This document shows positions 1-10,900 of a stretch of 49,144 nucleotides of DNA, piece after piece; within the stretch, counting starts at the first letter, position 1, and every line of letters begins with the position of its first letter. This stretch comes from an uncultured Methanomicrobiales archaeon (lineage in GTDB: Archaea > Halobacteriota > Methanomicrobia > Methanomicrobiales > Methanospirillaceae). A program made the translations under genes and the position numbers. Location of the stretch: positions 1 through 49,144 of the forward strand of contig CAVWXH010000012.1 in the NCBI GenBank assembly GCA_963758915.1. The letters run 5' to 3'. The notes below the pieces were generated by a model. It made no database searches. It saw only the letters and a list, made by a program, of their open reading frames with translations, and was not told the DNA's origin.

Positions 1-2
1 GA

Positions 3-230
3 CACTATTTTGGTGTGGATATCGATGAAACGAGATACCTCCGGAGGCTCGAGGGAAACCTCACCATCAGGACCGGCCCTGACGGGATCCGTTATATCAG
101 CCTCGCGAAAGTGAACGATGCGGTCTCGTTCCTATCAATGATGAAATATTTTCTGGCCAGAACCGAGGATGATGTAATCCTCGTGGGATATTTCCCGGAG
201 GGACCGGATCGGGAGAAATTACCTCTTTGA
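3..230 (+). CDS. Hypothetical protein, probably 5'-truncated by the window edge
   Basis: Frame of ORF 15..230 is open back to position 3 (HYFGVDIDETRY...); stop lies 7 nt before the next ORF; no recognisable motif. Confidence 0.45.
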   Translation, partial: HYFGVDIDETRYLRRLEGNLTIRTGPDGIRYISLAKVNDAVSFLSMMKYFLARTEDDVILVGYFPEGPDREKLPL

Positions 231-237
231 GACGATA

Positions 238-480
238 ATGCCGGAAGTAGAAAAATTATACGGGCACCGGATACGGAAGATCTGGCTTGCAGGGCACGCC
301 TCAAAACATGCATTTGACAGGTTTTCTCCTGAAACCCAGGAAAAAACGTATTACTGGGTCGGCAATGAAAGCATTGACTCAATCATCGCATACGCTAAAA
401 AGCATAATTACATCCTCATCACGATGGTTAACCGCGTGAATAAATTCATGGATGAACTCTATGAAAAAATGGTTGTGTGA
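238..480 (+). CDS. Small hypothetical protein (80 aa)
   Basis: ATG-started ORF tightly packed between neighbours; protein-like composition; no family recognised. Confidence 0.55.
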   Translation: MPEVEKLYGHRIRKIWLAGHASKHAFDRFSPETQEKTYYWVGNESIDSIIAYAKKHNYILITMVNRVNKFMDELYEKMVV

Positions 481-483
481 GTA

Positions 484-1236
484 ATGCAACTCAGGGGCAG
501 TCATGTAGCATGTATCGTTATGCTCCTTGCCCTTTTCGTTTCAGCGATATCATCCGGGTGTGCACCAGCTTGATGCCCGGCTGGAAGATGTGTACCTTAC
601 CCTTACGACCAGCCGGGAGCCCTGTACCGCGGGTAGCAGCCTGCCGCACCAGGGCAGTGTGCTGCTGCTCCGTGAAGCAGAACGGCAACTTGGCCGTATG
701 AACGCGTCACGTTACTCCCATGAAACCTATATCGATGAAACGAACGGGACCTACGAGTACGATTGTTCTGGTTTTGTCGGGTATGCCCTCTCCAGGGCCG
801 ACCCGTGTGCAATGAGTGTCCTCCTGCATAAACGGCCTGATGCAGGGAATTTTTATTATCATTTCATCCAGTTCGGGCCTTCACCGGGCAGCGGTGGTTG
901 GATGAGCGTTTCGACACCAACCGACCTCGCCCCGGGGATATCATTGTCTGGCTGAAACCAGATGAATCAGATGCAAAGAGCACCGGCCATATCATGATTG
1001 TTGCAGGAACCCCCGGGCCAAACCCGGAACGTGATGGTGAGATCCTCGTCAGGGTAATCGATTCAACAACGTCTCCCCATGCAGATGATACAAGAAAACC
1101 CGGCCAGACCGGTCTTGGAAAAGGGACAATTGGCATAATGACAGGACCGTCAGGGCACCCGTCCGGATATTACTGGCGGGGAGGGGTGTCTTCGGCCCTG
1201 CAGGAGACGAAAATGGTATTTGCACGGATTGCATGA
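484..1236 (+). CDS. Secreted lipoprotein with NlpC/P60-like (papain-fold Cys-His) domain; two frameshifts (~565, ~935)
   Basis: ATG 484 gives signal peptide with lipobox MQLRGSHVACIVMLLALFVSAISSGC; continues in ORF 527..955 (YEYDCSGFVGYAL) and ORF 898..1236 (PGDIIVW...TGHIMIV). Confidence 0.65.
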
Positions 1237-1249
1237 GTGAAAAACGGGT

Positions 1250-1266
1250 AAAGATACCTTTAAATC
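1250..1266 (+). promoter_or_regulatory. Putative archaeal BRE/TATA box
   Basis: aaagatacc-TTTAAAT about 33 nt upstream of ATG 1298. Confidence 0.4.
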
Positions 1267-1297
1267 ATAACTGGTATAGTTCAGAGGTACGGCTATC

Positions 1298-3451
1298 ATG
1301 GTAAAGGATGTCCAGGTAATACTGGTTGCATTTATCATATCGATCGTGTTTTTTTCAGCACTGGCCCTCGTGTTCGGCGACGGGAAAGAGCCCGTGGTCC
1401 CAGGCCATGGAACCCCCGTAACACCAGCTCCTGGTATCACCGTAACACCGCCGGCACAGGTAACCCCTGCAGGACCTTTACAAGAGGTCCGGCTGGTAAC
1501 GACCACGGATTTTTATAATACAGGCCTGCTCCAGTACCTGAAACCGCTGTTCGACGAACGGTCCCATGCTGACCTCCGGGTGATTGCCAGTGACGCGAAC
1601 GGGGCGGTTGCAACAGCGAAACGGGGTGATGCCGATATCCTGCTGCTGAATGATCCAATCCGCGAACGGGTATTTCTTGAAGAAGGGTAAGCGGGTGAAC
1701 CACAGGACCTTTGCCAGTAATTCCTTCATCATCATCGGGCCTTCAGATGATCCTGCCGGTATCAGGGGTATGAATGCGTCGGGAGCCCTGCAGAGGATTT
1801 TTGAAGCGGGAAGCGCCGGAGAACCAGGGGTCCTCTTCATATCACGCGGTGATGGTTCAGAAATTCACCGGGTTGAGCTGGCAGCCTGGAATAGTGGGGG
1901 ATCCACGCCAGGAAAAATGGCATTTTCTCCGGCCTTCTGGTACATTGAGGTGGATAAAGGGGCAGATGAGACCATAAAAATTGCCGGCGACCTGCAGGCA
2001 TATACCATTGCCGACAACGCCAGTTACCATGGATACCAGGCAGACCTGACCCTCGAACCGCTTGTTTCGGGAGGGGGACTGCTGTTCAACGGTTACAGCA
2101 CCATTTCTGTCTTCAATGACCTGCAACCGGTTGAACGGATCAGAATGGCCAATAATTTCACTAATTTTATGCTATCCACGGAGATACAGGACGAGATTGG
2201 AAGCTATGGCAAAGGGAAATACGGGATACCGCTCTTTATACCGACGGTAGGGAATACAATTCCAGTACCTGAGGACTACATGACGAACCTCACTGCCCCG
2301 GCTGTTGCGGTCAGGCCGTTAAAAGTTACTTTACCCCTCGACAAATCCCTCAATTTTTGGAAAGTTCCGGAAAAAATTTGAGCAGCTCCATCCCCTGACC
2401 GACGTGCCAGCTCTGGCCGGGGAGCAATGCAGATAACACGGATAAGGTCAGCCGGTATGGGGGCTTCAGCGACCTGCTTGCGACCACCAGCGAAAACCTC
2501 GTCATCGATGACCTCTACCCGGATGATGTGACGTTCCTTGTCACCTACGCGAAAAATGGCATGGTGATCGCCTACACCAATAAGAGCAGGGGTGCAGCGA
2601 TCATTAACGAGACCAACTGGTACAGGGTGCTTGAAACCGACCGGGTAACGTATGCCACAAGTGACCCCAACGAAGAACCGGTCGGTTACCGGGCGTATAT
2701 GGTCATCGAACTCGCTGAACGGTATTACGGCGATCCCGGGATCTTTGACCGCCTGGTCAGTTCCCATAGCAACATCACGGAAGTCACGTACCGGGACAGT
2801 TACCGCGGCCGCTGGACGGTTAATGTCACCAATACGTCCCCGGACAACCGGAAACTGTTCATTTCGAGACCTGGGGGGATATCAACAACACAGATGCTTG
2901 ATGATGGCAGGGTTGATTACATCTTTACCTACCAGAGCCTGGCCACGAGGGAGGGGTTTAAGTATATTGCACTCCCGCCGGAGATCGACCTGTCGGACCC
3001 CAACATGTCCGGGCGTTACGAACTCGTGCGTGTTATCCGGGCGCCGGAAACAATCGTAGTCAGGGCAACGGGCACGACTATTACAACCTCCGGAGATGAG
3101 GGTTACCCGGGTACAATTGCCGGGTTTACCGGTATTACATCAGGGGCAGGGGAGGATATTCTCGTGACAGACATGGCTGTAGCAAATCCTGCTGTTTCGT
3201 TACGTTCGGGATCTCTCTGGATACTGCGATCAACAGGGCCAAGGACTGTCATCGGCAGGCCATTGACCTACGGTATTACGATACCGGCAAGTGCCCGCAA
3301 CACGGAAGGGGCTGCCGAGTTTATCAACCTGGTCATCAGTGGGCAGGGGCAGGCAATTACCAGCTCGGAAGGGCAGGTACCAATCGTTCCTGCCATCGCG
3401 TACGGATATGGGATCCCGTATTTCCTGCTGCCAAAGCTGCAATTCGTCTGA
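1298..3451 (+). CDS. Membrane-anchored fusion of TupA-like and WtpA/ModA-like oxyanion-binding domains; frameshifts near 1685 and 2340-2410
   Basis: N-terminal TM; TupA pattern (RLVTTT..GLL, GDADILL, IIGPSDDPAGI, FISRGDGS); WtpA pattern (KFEQLHP..., NGMVIAYTNKS, SDPNEEPVGYRA, LPPEIDLSDP, YGITIP..A.N); ORFs 1298..1690, 1650..2381, 2528..3451. Confidence 0.75.
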
Positions 3452-3739
3452 TAATTCTCTTTTTTGAAGTTACACATCAACACCCGCCTCCCCCGGCTGG
3501 GAGATCAATGTCGTGTATTAGCGCCCCGTGGGTTTTTCCGGGGCTGTTACCTGGCCTCCGGAAATAGTTATTGGATACCCGTTTGGCAGCACGGCAGAAT
3601 TACCAGGCTAACACGACCGAGACAGTTTTAAATCACGGGGAATATACTGATGAACAGGGAACACAGGTGTACAAGGGTCACCGGTGACTCCCGGTCAAGA
3701 GAGAGCAGGATGTTGAAGGAAGGACCAGGTGACGGATAA

Positions 3740-4120
3740 ATGCCTCACAGGAAAGTAAGGGTGCTGGTTGTTGAGGATGACGGGGAGTTACGCGAAGTTC
3801 TCAGGCTTTTTATCGAGAAATACGGCTACCACCTGTGCGGTATGGCCGAATCCGGTGAAGAAGCCCTTGAACTTATCAGGGAAACCTCCCCTAACCTTGT
3901 GTTTATCGATATTGTACTTAAGGGGAAAATGACCGGGATTGGACTCGCACGCCATATTAACAGGGAAGTCGGAATCCCGTTCATTTATATAACAGGGCAC
4001 TCGGATGCACACATTATTGAAGAAGTGATCCATACGCGCCCCAGTGCCTTCATCCTGAAGCCTTTTGCCGGCGAGGAGCTGAAAGTCGCAGTGGAAATTG
4101 CAATACGGAAGAAAACCTGA
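3740..4120 (+). CDS. Stand-alone response regulator receiver (CheY-like)
   Basis: VLVVEDD, phospho-acceptor LVFIDI, ITGH, KPF motifs. Confidence 0.92.
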   Translation: MPHRKVRVLVVEDDGELREVLRLFIEKYGYHLCGMAESGEEALELIRETSPNLVFIDIVLKGKMTGIGLARHINREVGIPFIYITGHSDAHIIEEVIHTRPSAFILKPFAGEELKVAVEIAIRKKT

Positions 4121-4430
4121 TTTTTTCCCCATATTATTGCTAATATGAGCCCCCTGCTAATTCAGACCTAAAAGTCGGGGGGTAATTCATGAAATGAGAA
4201 TTTTTCAAGGAAGGTTACATTTTGTTATCTGAATAAAATCTCTGGCTTTTCACCCGGTCCGAAGAAATGATATAACCCCAAAAATGAACCCAGCATTAAT
4301 GTTCCCGGAATTTTGAGGTCTATATCCTGATTAAGATGAATTTTATAAAATGTATTGAATTAAAACAAAAATTTAATTAGGATCAATACTCAATCCCCCT
4401 CTTAAATTAGTACTGGGGGTAAACGGGTCG

Positions 4431-4808
4431 ATGTCAGATACGAAAAGAATTCTCGTTGTAGACAGCCTTGAAGGGAGTGAACTCATCACACTCATCATAA
4501 AAAAATTCGGTAATCAATTGTGTGGCGTGGCCGAATCCGGGGAAACTGCCATGAAACTTATCAGGGATACAAAACCAGACCTGGTTTTTATCAATGTTGC
4601 CCTGAAAGGGGAGGTGAACTGTACCGGGCTTGCATGTCATATCAACCAGCATGAGAAGATCCCCTTCATCTACATGACCGAACACGCAGATAAAGAGGAT
4701 GTCGACGAGGTAATCCATACCCGTCCCAGCATGTTCCTGCTGAAACCATTCGTCGAAAGCGAGATTAACCAGGCGATTAATATTGCAACGCGGAAACAGG
4801 CCGGATAA
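4431..4808 (+). CDS. Atypical (pseudo-)receiver protein, paralog of 3740..4120
   Basis: Receiver fold sequence but acidic pocket VVDSLE and phospho-Asp replaced by Asn (LVFINV); shares EVIHTRPS..LKPF with the upstream gene. Confidence 0.85.
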   Translation: MSDTKRILVVDSLEGSELITLIIKKFGNQLCGVAESGETAMKLIRDTKPDLVFINVALKGEVNCTGLACHINQHEKIPFIYMTEHADKEDVDEVIHTRPSMFLLKPFVESEINQAINIATRKQAG

Positions 4809-5037
4809 TTAACAACCACGGACAAGGGGATACCGGGGGTTCCATTGCATTGACGGATCCTGGTTTATAGTTCACCTGGCTTTTGCAATACCGGAATTGT
4901 ATTCTTATCCAGTATATGATAACTAACAACGAAATGGATATTATCAGAAAACAGGACCGAATAAGAAGAAATCATTATTTACTATCATTTTCAGTACCAT
5001 TTAACCATACAATGGATTTAAAGGAGTCCCTGGTCCA

Positions 5038-5406
5038 ATGCCTGATGTAACAATCCTCGTTGTCGATGATGAGGAAAATATTCTCAATATTTTCCGCCTG
5101 GTGCTTGAGAGTAACGGCTACAAGGTTGATACGGCAGCTACTGCACATGAGGCACTCGAAAAAGTGAAGTCAGGCAAGTTCCAGGTCTGTCTTCTCGATA
5201 ATAACCTTCCTGATATGCATGGTACAGAACTCCTGAGGCAGATCCACCAGATTGATCCGGCTATGAAAAAACTGATGGTCACCGGGGACTGGTCGCCAAG
5301 AGATGTGGAACTTGCAAAGAAAAACGGGGCTGATGAGTTTGTTGCAAAACCCCTGAACAAGGCAGCCCTCCTCGAAGCAGTCAAGGCGGTATTACCAACT
5401 GCCTGA
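5038..5406 (+). CDS. Stand-alone response regulator receiver (CheY-like)
   Basis: ILVVDDE, LLDNNLPDMHG, VTG, KP motifs; aaggag upstream. Confidence 0.92.
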   Translation: MPDVTILVVDDEENILNIFRLVLESNGYKVDTAATAHEALEKVKSGKFQVCLLDNNLPDMHGTELLRQIHQIDPAMKKLMVTGDWSPRDVELAKKNGADEFVAKPLNKAALLEAVKAVLPTA

Positions 5407-5428
5407 ACGGGCTGGTCCGGAGGCTTAA

Positions 5429-5445
5429 TTTTTTTTGATTTTTTT
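5429..5445 (+). terminator. Oligo-T archaeal terminator
   Basis: T8-ga-T7 tract about 22 nt after the stop of 5038..5406. Confidence 0.5.
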
Positions 5446-5532
5446 CCTGGGCAGTTCTTGGAAGTATACCGGAAAAAAAGATAACCTCCCGGGCATAGCA
5501 TATACATGAACGGTTTATCCGGGTGAGGCACC

Positions 5533-7819
5533 ATGACGATGAAACCCTGCAGGAGGAACTATTACCTGGCGATCCTGTTCCTGGTAATTTGTACAGTCGT
5601 GGTTGCTGCTGTTGTTTTGACGGTGGCCGGCAATGATGCCGTGGCAAGGGAAAAAATGGCACGCCAGCAGGTACTGACGGAGACGATCAGCCTCCGTGGC
5701 ACCGTGCTTGGCGTGAATGGAACACCGCTTGGCGGGGCAACAGTATCCCTGAAGGACAGGACTGTCACAACCAGTGCTGACGGTACGTTTATTGTCAGCG
5801 GCTTATCACGCCAGAACAACATGGCGGTGATCGATGCACCCCGCCACCGGAAAGAGTTCATCCCCGTCCACCTTTTCCTGCCGGTCCTGGTGAAGGAAGT
5901 GGAGCTGGCCCCGGTCTACATGACCGTAGCCGACCCCGGCCAGGTCCGGTTCCTGTTCGGCGGGGACACACATTTCGGGCGCCGTTATATCGACCCCCTG
6001 GAAACAACCCCGAGGGACCAGGTGCCGCCAGATAACAAAAGTGCCCTTATCAACGTTTCAGACCCCGAACCCGGGACACGCGGGGTTGTCCAGTACATCC
6101 GGCCATTTTTCCAGGACGCTGATTTCAGCAGCGTGAACCTTGAGTCCCCCGTAACTGCAAATGTATCAACCCCTCACCTGACAAAAGATTACGTTTTAAT
6201 GACCCTGCCGGGTTCCCTGCCTGCACTGAAATGGATGGGTGTTTCTTATGTTTCTCTCGGGAACAACCATGTCTATGATTACCGGGAGCAGGGGATACTC
6301 AGATACCCTTGATTCCCTGAAAGCCGTAGGCATTTCCAATAGTGGTGCAGGACGTAATGTCACAGAGGCGTTCAAGGCGTACCGGGTCGTTCTGAACGGG
6401 ACCCCCTACGCTTTCCTCGCGATGAATTCAATCGATGGTATCGAACATCCCATCGATTATGTTGCAGCTGACCACAAGGGAGGGTCGGCTAACCTGAAAG
6501 ACACAACGAGGGTGACTGCCGCCATCCAGCGTGAAACAGACGCGGGATATGTCCCGATAGTCCAGATCCACGGGGGCGATGAATATGTCTATGATACACC
6601 GGATTACATCAGCGGCAGGATGGACCTGGTGGTGAACTCCGGGGCAGCGCTTGTGGTGTCAGAACATTCCCATATTGCAGAAGGTGTGGGGATAAGGGAT
6701 GGTATCGTCGTGATTAAAGGGCTTGGCAACATGGCATTTGATGCCGAGCGCCACGAGACGATGCTTGGCCTCCTTGCCCGGGTTGACATGAAAGGGGAAG
6801 AGGTGCAGTCGGTGCGGCTCATACCGGTCTACATCGGCAACTATACACCAGTCCCACTTTCCGGCGACGCTGCGGACCTGCTCCTGCGAAGGATCGGTGA
6901 ATTTTCACGGGACTCTCCCTATCCCGTCTATCCCTATAACGGGCAGGGCTGGGTGGCACTCGGGAAAAAGCAGGCAGCGGTACATGATAGGACAGTTATG
7001 GTGAATATCACGGTCCCGGCATCAGGTTCAGCTGTCGTGGACCTCCGGCAGCTTGCGAAAAGCAACGAATCACTGGCAGATATCAGGGATAATGTTACGA
7101 AAAGCCAGGTCCGGCTCGGGCGTGACCTGATGGTCTACGGGGACTTTGAAGACTGGGATGTCGATGAGATGACCGGGGAGACGAACCATTGGGATACAAA
7201 CATGGGTTCAGTGGAAATGGCCGTGTTACAACCATACCGTGGAACCCAGAACCTTATGAGTATACGCCATTTTGGTAATAGTGCGGATTCCGTGATACCC
7301 TTCAGGAACAGGATCCGTGTGATGGGGGATGCCCGGGGCCAGACTCCGAATAAAAATCTCACATTCCTCGGTTATATCCGCGGCCAGGATGCGGGGCCCG
7401 TGAAAGTTATCGCAAAGTACCTTGCAAGCGAAGACCCTGTGGACGGTAGCGGGGGGATGACATTTGGCGAGGAGGAGGTCCTGGCAATCCCGGGAGGTAC
7501 ATTCCCGTGGCAGCAGTATGTCTCCGATATCCATATGCCACCCGACGACCCTGCAGTCCCGAGAGATCCGGTTGCAGATCCACGGGCACTCCAGGTCTTT
7601 ATCCACCATTCGGCATCACCGAAAACCACAAGCATCGCGGAGTTCGATGATTTCGCCATTATTTCCTGGGAGGAGACGGTCAACAGTTCACGGGGTGCAA
7701 CACTTCGGACCCCTCATGCCAGGGATTTCCTCCGGATTAACGGGACACCAGGTACCCACCAGCTGACCCTGACGTTTGAATCGTATTCCCCTCTTTTTGG
7801 TGAAAGCAGCACAGGGTAG
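5533..7819 (+). CDS. Secreted CapA/PGA_cap-family metallophosphatase-fold protein with N-terminal carboxypeptidase-regulatory-like domain; frameshift ~6295
   Basis: Signal/TM segment; GTVLGVNGTPLGGATV; FGGD, VNLESP, SLGNNHVYDY, HGGDEY, EHSH, GLGN motifs of the CapA family; ORFs 5533..6312 and 6239..7819. Confidence 0.8.
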
Positions 7820-7867
7820 TGATTTCCTCGCTGCCGGCTGAATACCTCACTTTTTTTTAAAAAGTCA

Positions 7868-7998
7868 AAAAAGAAATGTTATCAGCTCGCTGAAAACACT
7901 ACTAATTCAGGCTTCAATATCAGGGGGGTTTGCCTAAGATCCGGTTACAGATGAATGTGGAAACCTCCTTTAGATTGGAACGACTTGAGGGTTTCCAA
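7868..7998 (+). promoter_or_regulatory. Conserved upstream/leader element, copy 1
   Basis: aaaaaagaaa-tgttatc...ctgaaaacacta...tcaggcttcaatatcaggggggtttgcct...ggaaacctcc is shared with 11735..11866. Confidence 0.65.
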
Positions 7999-10900
7999 AT
8001 GTACCTGAACGGGAAGATGTATTGCTTAATTTTGGTATGCACAGTTATTTGCGTATTATTTGCACCGGTTTTTGCGGCGAGCGATCTATTGCCAGGGAGG
8101 GACATTGGCTCAGTAAGTCCTGTTAGCGGGCAGCAGGTGATCCAGCCATCAGATGTGACGCCTCTGCCAGAGACTCCGGTAATAGTAACCGTAGAACCCA
8201 CGCCGATTCCAACAAGCGAACCGATAACAATCGAACCTACTACGGTACCAACAACTCAGCCGACTACTGTTGAAACAACCGTATTGACCATGGAACCAAC
8301 TCCAATCCCCACGACAATAAGTATTCCACTTGTACCTATAATTTCTCCAGAAGACCAGGCACAGGCAGGCAACGACTCAAATATCAGCAATATCGCTCCA
8401 GCCATCACAGGTACCTGTCAAAATGCAACAATAGAACTGAACCAGTCGTCCAGCAACCCCCCGTCCGGAGGCTTCAACCTTTCGTGGACCGCAAGCCTCA
8501 CCGATCCCCCGCTCAACAACACCAACCTGCAGGGAACTGCGGGGGGCCAGTACTGGGAGATCAATGCGACCACCGGTTCCAATGGTTATTATCCCCTCGA
8601 CCTTGTCGGACTCATCACCAATTCCCTGTTCGGGATCTGGATCCATGATGTAACCAATGTGACCCTTGACGGGATGGGTCATACCCTCCAGTATACCGGC
8701 TCTCCGGATATCGGGGCTACCGGAGTGGTAATTAACGGGACAACAACCAGCAATGTCCTGATCAGGAACCTGACCCTTCTCGGCTGGGACACTGGGATCT
8801 CGATCCATGACTCTGACAATGTCTATGTGATGGACAATGTCACGATTACCGGGAACAAAGGATCCGCTTACACCGGGTCAGGAATTGTTGCAACGGACTC
8901 CACCAATATTTTTATCGCATCGAACCCCTATGCCGGGCCAGTGACGGTTCAGAACAACGCCCGGGACGGGATTGTCTTTGACAACGTTACCGGAGGACTA
9001 ATCAACAATACCTATGTGATGAATAACAGAAATAGCGGGATTAATCTTACCTTTACAGAAGGGGTTACGGTGCTGAATGTCACTGCTACAGGGAACTCCC
9101 AACACGGCATCATTCTCGAAAGTTCAGGCAACAACAACCTCACGAACAACACGGTGAGCGGGAGCGACTATCACGGCATCATTCTCGAAAGTTCAAGCTA
9201 CAACAATCTGACTGACAACACGGCGAGCGGGAATAAACTATCCGGCATCATTCTCTACCAAAATTCGAACTACAACAACCTCACGAACAACACCGCAAAC
9301 TCGAATAATGTAGGCATTTACATCGTTCAATCAGACCACAACAACCTCACCGGCAATACGGCGGACCAGAACGGTGGCGTAATATCCGGCGGAAACGGCT
9401 ATGGGTTCTATCTCTACGGATCGAATTACAACAACCTTACCAACAACACCGCTACCAGGAATTACGGCGTCAATATGGACTGCGGTAATGGCGGTAACGG
9501 GTATGGGTTCTTCCTCAACAGCTCGAATAACAACACCCTGACGACCAATAATGCTAGAGGGAATTATGGCGGTAATGGCGGCTACGGAGGCTATGCCTAT
9601 TCCGGCGGTAACGGCGGGAACGGGTATGGGTTCTTCCTCAACGACTCGAATAACAACACCCTCGCGGACAACAATGCCATGGGGAATTATGGTGGTAATG
9701 GCGGCAACGGAGGCTACGCCGATCCCGGCGGTAATGGCGGTAACGGGTATGGGTTCTTCCTCAACGGCTCGAATAACAACACCCTCGCGGACAACAATGC
9801 CATGGGGAATTATGGCGGTAATGGCGGCAACGGCAACAATATGGGCTACGAGGATAACGGCACTAATGGCGGTGGCAGCGGCTCTGGCTATGGCTTCTAC
9901 CTCACAGGCTCGAATAACAATACCCTCATGTACAACAATGCCAGTTGGAATTATGGCAGTAACGGCGGGAACGGCGGCTACGGCTTTTACGGGGGAATCG
10001 GTGGAGACGGCGGCTCTGGCTATGGGTTCTACCTTACAAGCTCGGATAATAATACCCTCATGTACAACAAAGCCAGTTGGAATTATGGCGGTAATGGTGG
10101 GACCGGCGGAAGCGGTGCCGGTGGTGGTGACGGTGGCATAGGTGGCAACGGGTTCGGCATCTACCTCACCGGTTCGGGTTACAACAACCTTACCAGTAAT
10201 AATGCAACCGGGAATTACGGCGGGACCGGCGGCACTGGCAACAGCTGGAACGGTGGTAGAGGCAACGGCTATGGACTCTACCTCACCGGATCGACCAATA
10301 ACAACCTCACGAATAACACTGCAACACAAAATGGCGAAAATGGGTTCTATCTCGAGGGCTCCCAGTCGAACAACCTCACGAACAACACCGCAACCGGAAA
10401 TAACGTAACTGGGTTCTATCTCGAAGACTCAGACGAAAACACATTCACGAACAACAATGCCAGTGATAATAACTGGAATGGTATTGTAATCCACGACTCC
10501 GATGATAACACCCTTTACGGTAACACCATCAGCAATAATGGCAGGAATCCTACCGTTCTCCCTGAGGGAATTTTTGGTATGCCTTCCCTGGGGGAATACC
10601 GTCTCTCCGGTGCTGATGACAATATCATCAACCACAACTGGATAACCGGAACAGCGGTACTGAATTTCTTACGAGATTCGCAAGACAACCCATTTACGAC
10701 AATTATTTCAATAACACGCAGAATGCAATCGTTTTACGTATACCAAGTCACCGGAAAACGAACTTTTGACTACAAGCGGTCCCTCTTTCAACAACAATAA
10801 CTGGAACATCGACCCCCACACCGGGCACCAACATCGCCAATGGCCCGTATATTGGCGGGAATTACTGGGCAACACCCGAACGGGACCGGCTGGTCGCAGA

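Noticed and set aside
3677-3688. Perfect 12-bp palindrome gtcaccggtgac upstream of the first receiver
   Set aside because: Single occurrence; several such palindromes are expected by chance in 49 kb
4149-4183. ccccc...gggggg hairpin after the first receiver gene
   Set aside because: Weak and irregular; nothing supports function beyond possible termination
9331-10329. 332-aa minus-strand ORF and similar long antisense ORFs over apgM, mscS, helicase
   Set aside because: Shadow ORFs opposite well-supported genes; no motifs
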